The position numbers and the translations under genes were made by a program. From the NCBI GenBank assembly GCA_905178155.1, contig CAJINV010000005.1, positions 4,133,556 through 4,197,555 on the forward strand: a stretch of DNA of 64,000 nucleotides, read 5' to 3'. The notes under the pieces are model-generated. The model was not told the origin of the DNA. It worked only from the letters and a program-made list of their open reading frames with translations, and did no database searches. This DNA is from Amoebophrya sp. A120. Taxonomy: Eukaryota; Protista; Dinoflagellata. Shown here in pieces: positions 57,701 to 64,000 of this stretch. Every line of letters begins with the position of its first letter. Within the stretch, counting starts at the first letter, position 1.

Positions 57701-58982
57701 ATCACTTTTTTCTCCTTGAAGTTCAAGCGGACGAAAAAGACACAAATTGGTCCAGTTTTTTGGTATGACCAAATTCCTTCTTCTTTTCGCATTATAAGTA
57801 CGACTCGGCAGCAGGAGGTTTATGACGTCAAGAAAAACTGCGATACTATATGGCAACTAAGTGCGTTGATTTCGGTACCTCCGAAAAGCATCTTCTTGCG
57901 AAATTCCGGGCGGGACGACAAGCGGTAATCTTACAGGTTAAACATGGTTAGAATTGGCGAAGGTATTGAAAAGCTGAATCGCCACACACACATACACACC
58001 AACGCGGATCCAAGATACGAATCCTAAGTAATGCTTTACCGCCTCGGACAACAAGTAGAAGCGCCCCATTCATATTGATTCACTTGCAGAAGGATAGCGA
58101 CGAGAGCATGGCTACTTCCAACGAGAGCATGGCTACTTGTTACCTTGTTCTTTGGACAGACGCGACAAGATACTACTTGTCATTCTGAGAGAAGTTCTTG
58201 CAAAAACTGATGGCGTATTCTCGTCACGCAGTGAAGATGATGTAGCCGGACCAATGCAAGTGAATCCATGAGTGACAATTTTTTCAGTATTTTTCCTTTC
58301 TCAATACAATTCCCAATGCCCCACTTTTTGTAGTCTTAAGAAGCCCACATATTCTCGTGACGTCGGCTGGCCTTGCACGATAATTTTGTCGGCGGCCTCG
58401 TCCTATGCGTTGCAAACAAGTACGTCTGGGTCTGGGTCTAATGCAACCAAAGGGTCAACACGCAAAAAGAAAAACTTGTGTTGCTTGAGCGCCTGCGTCA
58501 AAAGCTTTCCACTTCTTACTAAACAGCGACAGCCAGCGCATGATCCCCTCATGCGGAACAGGCACCAAGAGGCCTCGGCAAAGCAGCTTGCACTTATTAT
58601 ATGCTTCCGCTGCTGTGTGCTTTCCAGCCCATCTATCGTATCCTATGTGGTCGAGCAGATGCATGACAAACGTCGGTGTCCGGCTATTCCGGATCTGGCT
58701 TCCAGCACGATCGTGGAGGGCGGAACCTGCACGACTGGCGACAGACGCTATCCAGCCAGCCAACCAACCAACCAACCAACCAACCAACCACACCAGCAAA
58801 CGCGCCCGGTCTTCCCGACCCACCCAGAGCCAGACTACCTAATTCGCATTTTATACGTCCCACGTGACGGAAGGCGCTTCTTTGTCCGATGGCAGCGGTG
58901 GACGAATCCGGACTATGCATTGAAAGCCGGGAAGCAGGCTGGCTCCAGTGCCTCCCTCCGCAGCTCCCCCGCTGGACGCCAT
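54784..58982 (-). CDS. N-terminal kinesin motor domain, multi-exon (gene likely continues toward lower coordinates)
   Basis: CIVRIRP, TIMAYGQT|SSGKTHT, GIVPQAIERIF, ASFIEI, DLL|DPKK, MNARSSRSHSLFTL, VDLAGSER, INKS|LFTLAQVIMAL, HVPYRNAKITELLSDSFGGN, TLQYATRALNI. Canonical GT-AG introns at 55740-56416 and about 57650-57877. Confidence 0.95.
55081..55408. mobile_element. TIR introner, family B
   Basis: TSD GACTT; splits INKS|L. Confidence 0.9.
55444..55667. mobile_element. TIR introner
   Basis: TATCCCAAGAAAAAAGTGTTACA / TGTAACAGTTTTTTCTCATGATA; TSD GTTAC/CTTAC; removal gives AEGV(R/T)LKEAQ. Confidence 0.85.
56142..56393. mobile_element. Family-A TIR element inside a canonical intron
   Basis: Near-perfect TIR; TSD CTGTG; lies within the GT-AG intron 55740-56416. 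Confidence 0.92.
56640..56987. mobile_element. TIR introner
   Basis: TATCATATTGAAAA / TTTTCAAAATGGTA; TSD GAGCG/GAGCA; removal gives ITDLL|DPKK. Confidence 0.85.
57027..57242. mobile_element. Decayed introner
   Basis: Right terminus GATA; flanks GTCGC/GGCGC; removal links the FIEI exon to the NECITDLL exon. Confidence 0.55.
57401..57577. mobile_element. TIR introner interrupting the kinesin P-loop
   Basis: TATCCAAGAAAAAAA / TTTTTTTCTTGCATA; TSD GTCTG; removal gives GQT|SSGKT. Confidence 0.92.
58404..58855. mobile_element. TIR introner, family A (expanded; contains a (CCAA)n tract)
   Basis: TSD CGTCC; removal gives SVTWD|EAADKI. Confidence 0.8.
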
Positions 58983-60553
58983 GGCGGTCGCCGGCAAAGA
59001 CCAACCGGTGCAACTCCTGCACGGAGAAAAAGCAAAAAGTGGGTCCTCTCCCGCAGGAGCCCTAGGACATCGGTCTGCAGTGCATTTTTCGGGTTTCGGT
59101 TTCGCCACCTTGAACTGCAGCTCAGGCTCCAAAGTCACCGCCTCTCCGATTTCCCAGCTACATTGCCATGCACGGAGTTCTTAGGCATAGTTGTAGAGAG
59201 CAGGTCAAAAATATGTATATGATCCTTCGTACTAGTCGCAGACGAAGGACAAGCCCTCGTGGCGTCGGGCCGGCCATGCGCTGTCTCGTAGCATGTGTGC
59301 CGCGATCCGGTACTCTTTCCTTTACACTCTGGCGCTCCGTCAGCGAGTAGACTCGCTCCGGTGTTGAGAAAAAAACACAAACAAGCCAGAGTGAGAACAG
59401 CCTTGAGGTAGGAAAAAATATCCTCGAGGAGGAATCTCCTTGGGCCTTCGCCAGAATCTCCTTGAGAGTTTTTTTTTTCAAAAAAAGCGAAACACGTGCA
59501 GCAATGACGGAAAAAAAACAATTTACAATTTGGAATTGTGATAGCAAATGGAAAAGACTGAATTAAGTACGACTACGAACTTCTCAACAACAATGGCTAT
59601 AATGCACACACTCTTGGGCGGCCCCGCCTGCGGAGCCCGAGCCCTTGAGGCGGGCCCGACATTATTTCGGTCCGGTTCATCAAGTCTGCAACGTCTCCTG
59701 TAACCACGCCAAAGTTGCCGCGTGCGCCAACTGTTGACCCAAACGGTTGGCGCGTGCGCAATTCATGACGGTCGCGCCCGGAGGCCTATATTCTATTCGT
59801 AGGTAAATGCGCGCGCACAAGCCTCACGCGCGCGAAGCCGAAGGGTCGCCACGCACCTTGACTGCACTTTCTGGTTAGAGCATGAACGCACGACCATCGC
59901 GGGCATCATCCTTGAACAAGGCCCGCGGCGAAATCCTGCAGACCGCTCAAGGCCGCGCTCTCACGCTCTAACGAGCAAGCGAGGGCGCAAATCGATCTTC
60001 CATTTTGGAGAACACTTAGCACTACACGCAGGCTGGTGCCGAAGACTAAAGCAGGAAAGCCCTCTCAGCGTATTTCTTCACGCCACGCTTTCTTCTGTGC
60101 AAGGAGGAACCGTGTTAGTTCAATATCATCATTTTTTTATTAGTTCATTTTATAACCTCATTTTTTTCAGTCCGCCGGAACGGGACCCTTGCGAGCGAAT
60201 CCGCTTATACCCCGCAAGGGAGGATGCGGCTCGCTGGTACCGCAGAAACAGGTAACCTGCTATCAGCGCGCGCTCTCGTGTAACTTGTAGAAAATGAAAA
60301 ACAAAATAGTTGCGTGAAGGCTGCACTTTGCCTGTAGTAGATATGTGCGAGCTCCTTCTCTCTATTTGTATTTCTTTTTCTTTTTGTACATTAGTCCACA
60401 TTTACCTGCAACTCGCACCGACACGAGCACAATTCGATAGCAACTTCTTATATGTACCAGCAATGGCCATGGTCTGCTCTTTATATTTTCCGATGCAGGA
60501 CCGAAAAATAACCCAAAGGCCAAACAAAACGCAAAGGTGGTCGCGTAAATACG

Positions 60554-61649
60554 TACTACACAGAACCAAGGGACACAGACAAAATTTCAAAATTTTGTAA
60601 ATATTTCGCAGCCATTGTTTTATGCTGCAGCTGTGGCGTCGGTTTCTCGACGAGAATGAGTATGCAGATATTGCGCGGAGCAATTACTTCGGGGCCGGGC
60701 GACAGCTACAGGTAAGTGAGGACGCACAACACTGCCAGCGGTCGGCTATTTTCCTGGGCTTTTCTGATTCTGCAGTCGAAATAGCTAGGCCAAAAATGTT
60801 GTAAGTGCAGGCGCTTTGGATGAGCATAGCAGAAAAAATCGCCGCTGACGACATCACCAATCTGCCGCGCCACGAAGAAGTGGCGCGGGAGGGTGACGGA
60901 GAAGGGCTGAGTGTGAAAGAAGGGCTGCAGAGAAGCGCTTTCTAATCTTTCTGCTTTCTAATCCTTCTATTCTAACTTTTGAACTCGGACGTCGGAGGTC
61001 AAGTCGTCGCTTCCGTGTCACTCGGAAAATTATGTCACGCACCCACGCGACGTGGGTGCGTCGCCGTCCTGTGTCCCTTAGAACTTTATTGGACTCAGGT
61101 CGTGGCTCTAAGGGACACAGGAAAACTGAGTACTCTGTTGAGTACTCGCCAAAATCCACTCGACAGAGCACTTGACCGAAAAACTTCAATACTTTGAAGC
61201 ACGCACGCAGAAACTATAAAATTTAAAAAGTTTAATTTTAGCCCGCATGGTATGGCCAACTACTTGCGAAGCAAGCTGCTTCGTCCTGAAGAAGATTGGG
61301 GGCTATTTCAAAAAGTGTTTACCATACCATGGTGAAGAAATTTGAAGCTTTTTGATTTTCTGGCACCTGAGACAAAGGCTGGAGACAAAATGAAAATGAA
61401 TAGGAGCGGGCTCGTCGTCCAGGTATCTCCGGCTCCGGAGCCGTGTGATTGGGCGGCACCGTCCACGTGTCTCCGGTTCGGAGGAGTCCCGCTTTTCGGC
61501 GTCCGAACTGTCGGCTCTTCCATCCCCGGCCCAATCTCCGGTGGCCACCAGTTTCCTAAATCCTAAATCTAAATCTGCAATGCAGAACTGGCCCACCAAT
61601 GCGCCCAAAATTTTAAAATTTTGTCTGTGTCCCTTGCTTCTGTGTAGTA
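60554..61649. mobile_element. 1.1-kb non-autonomous TIR element
   Basis: About 44-bp TIR TACTACACAGAACCAAGGGACACAGACAAAATTT..; TSD ATACG. Confidence 0.92.
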
Positions 61650-61792
61650 ATACGACTTATCTTATCATACTCAATGCAGCATAGTCGGTCCCGAATAGGT
61701 GGGCCTGAGGATAATCAATAAGCCCGCTGCGCTGAAAAGATTTATGGTACGATTATAATTCTTGGTCCCCACAGTTCTGTTTGAATTATCTT

Positions 61793-62061
61793 TATCAAAT
61801 GCAAATATGTCTGGGTCTGGAAGAGTCGGGGCTTGTGGTCAAGCACATTTTGCATGACCCGTGAGGTCTGTGATGCTGGTGCTAGCAACACAGATTTTTT
61901 GAGAGCCTCTTGATGCCAATTCTCGCATGAGAAACGCCCTCTCTGCGTGCCAAGAACTGAGTCCTTTTGCTGCTCATGCAACACAGATATTTTCAGAATC
62001 CGCAGATAGCATTACAAGTTCCACTCTTCCAGACCAAGACATATTTGCAATCCAATCCATA
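61793..62061. mobile_element. TIR element, family A
   Basis: Family-A TIRs; TSD ATCTT/CTCTT. Confidence 0.85.
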
Positions 62062-62065
62062 CTCT

Positions 62066-64000
62066 TCAATCACGAGCAAATCTGCTGGTGTCCACCATGA
62101 ACTGGGTGCGCTCGGCGCGCGTGGCAGGCAGGTACTTTCGCACGAGAACGCTGATGCCGAGGACCACGGATGAAGCGTAAAGAAACGCGAAGAGGCAGGT
62201 GACGAAGTTGTTCTCGAAGACGAAAAGCGACGAAAAGAGCGCCACGCAGACCTGGCTCCACGAAAACGCTGACACGCACCGCAGCACGTCGTGTACCAGT
62301 ATGGCGAACGTTCCTGCTGCAGTCAGTGGCGCACCACTTCCATCGCGATTAGCTGCCGAGTCGGAGGACGCACCACGTTGGTGCTGCTGAGGCCGATCCG
62401 TTCTTTCCAGGCCCGCCCCAGCAGAAGACCTACAACTAGTACTTGCTGTAGAAGCTGCGCCGCTCAGGCCAAGGCCAAGGTGGACACCCGCATGATCCGA
62501 AGAAGATGCCGCGCTGGCAGTTGGCGGCAGAGCGAGTTGGTGCAGGTTCGGCCGATCGTACTGAGAAAAGTAGGCTGCGCCGGCTGCTGCGTTCCCGACC
62601 ACCGGCAGAGGGGGTTCTACTGAAGGGGCTAGGGGGCCATTGCCGCGGTCACCCTGTCCTGACGGTTGTGAAGCGCTGCTTTCGGCCTGCGTTGCCCATC
62701 CAGTGGAAAATCCTCATCAGCTTGGAATTCTGCTGCTCGTCATGCAAACCATTTCACGTATAGTCACCACCATCGAGTCCTACTAGTTTGAAGATCAGGA
62801 CTTTGTTCATCACGTGGTCGTCACGGGCACAAGTAAGTAAGTAAGTACGTATGCGATGGATCAGAAAAAGCCGGGCGCTGGTAAACAAAATTTCTCAGAA
62901 CGAACCTTTTTTCGAGAATGATAAGGACCGAACAGACCTTTTAAAAAGGTCCGTTCGGTCCTTTATTTTTTCGAGGATGCGCGGACGCTGATAAGAAAAA
63001 CTTTGCAGAGGATATAATCCCCTCGTGTGTCCGTGTTCCGGTGTTCGTCCAAGACTCATGGTCCCGAATAAGACGATCCGCGAGATCGTCCTGGCCCCGC
63101 GGAGCTACCCCCGAGAAGGGCCCCCGGCCTTGAAAAAAGGACGCAGGCGCCGCTCCGCGCACGAGGGCACTGACAAAGCCCGCAACCGACTGCGTTGCGG
63201 CCGTCCACGACACGTTCCGTCTGGTAGCCTGGTTCCTGGTACTGGCACGAGACGCCCGGCTCGGCCCCCCTCCGCGACTGTTCATTCGCGAGTATTTACT
63301 GCTGGCATCGAAATCGATGTGCGGCAGGCAGACCTTCAAAAGGAAGGAATCGCATCACAGTGAAAAATCAAACCCCCTTGCCCCTGCCCTTTGCCTTTTC
63401 TCGTCATACGATCCAAAAATAACTTCCTAGGCCTGGTGCTCTGCCTCGCGGTCTCGTACGTCAGTGATTCATCAGCTCTAGTACTCGGCCTTGTACAAAA
63501 TGACAGAAGGAGAAGCGGCCCCTTGCCCTTGTCCTGGATGTACTACATGACTCTGGAAGAACATACCAAAGCCGCAACTCAGCTTCTTCGCTTAGGGCCG
63601 GAGCTGGTGCACAACACATGCCTACCAAAACAGCAATCTAAAAAAGTTTGTGCGTCGCTAACGCTATTAAATAATCCTATGGCATTTACGAAGCGGGTAG
63701 CGGGGTTCGGCGGGTTGCCTAATTTCTCACCCTGATAAGACGAAGGCAGAACAGAGCGTATAAAGCGCGGTAATCGCCACAAACACAAAGAAGGGGTAGC
63801 CTCTCATCTTCGGAAAAGAATACGCAAAGGGCTCCGTGCCTGCTCCAGCGACTGCGCGGTTCTGGTCTTGTTCCTCTTCCCCCGGCTGCAAGGGTGTGCC
63901 ACTTCTGTCGTCCTCCACCACCTCCGCACGATGGTACGTCTTTAGAGCAGGTTCTGCTTCCTCGCCACCATTCCTCGGGTCCTCATCCTCGTCCATCTTC
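62066..64000 (-). CDS. Hypothetical multi-exon protein with C-terminal hydrophobic segments (5' end outside the window)
   Basis: ORFs 63727-63996, 62941-63339 and 62066-62602, the last with VCVALFSSLFVF and CLFAFLYASSVVLGISVLV. Confidence 0.4.

Noticed and set aside
58272-59222. 316-aa plus-strand ORF
   Set aside because: It is antisense to kinesin exons, runs through an introner and a CCAA tract, and has no recognisable domain.
1-64000. Dinoflagellate spliced-leader relics, tRNA or rRNA genes
   Set aside because: I saw no CCGTAGCCATTTTGGCTCAAG match and no cloverleaf or rRNA signature by eye. A computational scan could still find divergent copies.

Overview
Eukaryotic, intron-rich genomic DNA. 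Every recognisable host gene is on the minus strand: an ankyrin-repeat protein, a putative membrane protein, a TBC1D13-like Rab-GAP, an ELO fatty-acid elongase, a kinesin and several hypotheticals. The organisation most resembles the parasitic dinoflagellate Amoebophrya (inferred from co-oriented genes plus TIR-bounded non-canonical introns; not verified). About 32 short elements from several sequence families mostly share TA(T)..(A)TA termini, terminal inverted repeats (TIRs) and a 5-bp target-site duplication (TSD). Where I tested it, removing the element plus the downstream 5 nt restores conserved motifs (TBC DVFRT and ADTVRLWD, ELO FLHVYHH, kinesin GQTSSGKT and INKSL), so many must be spliced as non-GT-AG introns (introners). 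One of them contains a 13.2-kb Ty1/copia-type LTR retrotransposon with a DUF4326-like domain in its polyprotein. That element is split by a 1.5-kb TIR element, which itself holds a perfect 238-bp foldback, giving four levels of nesting. A separate class of inserts is flanked by long (29-112 bp) duplications of host sequence; one site carries a four-repeat/three-insert array. There is also a 1.8-kb ORF-less retroposon with a 14-bp TSD and a (CTTCA)n tail. All calls were made by eye with no database searches.
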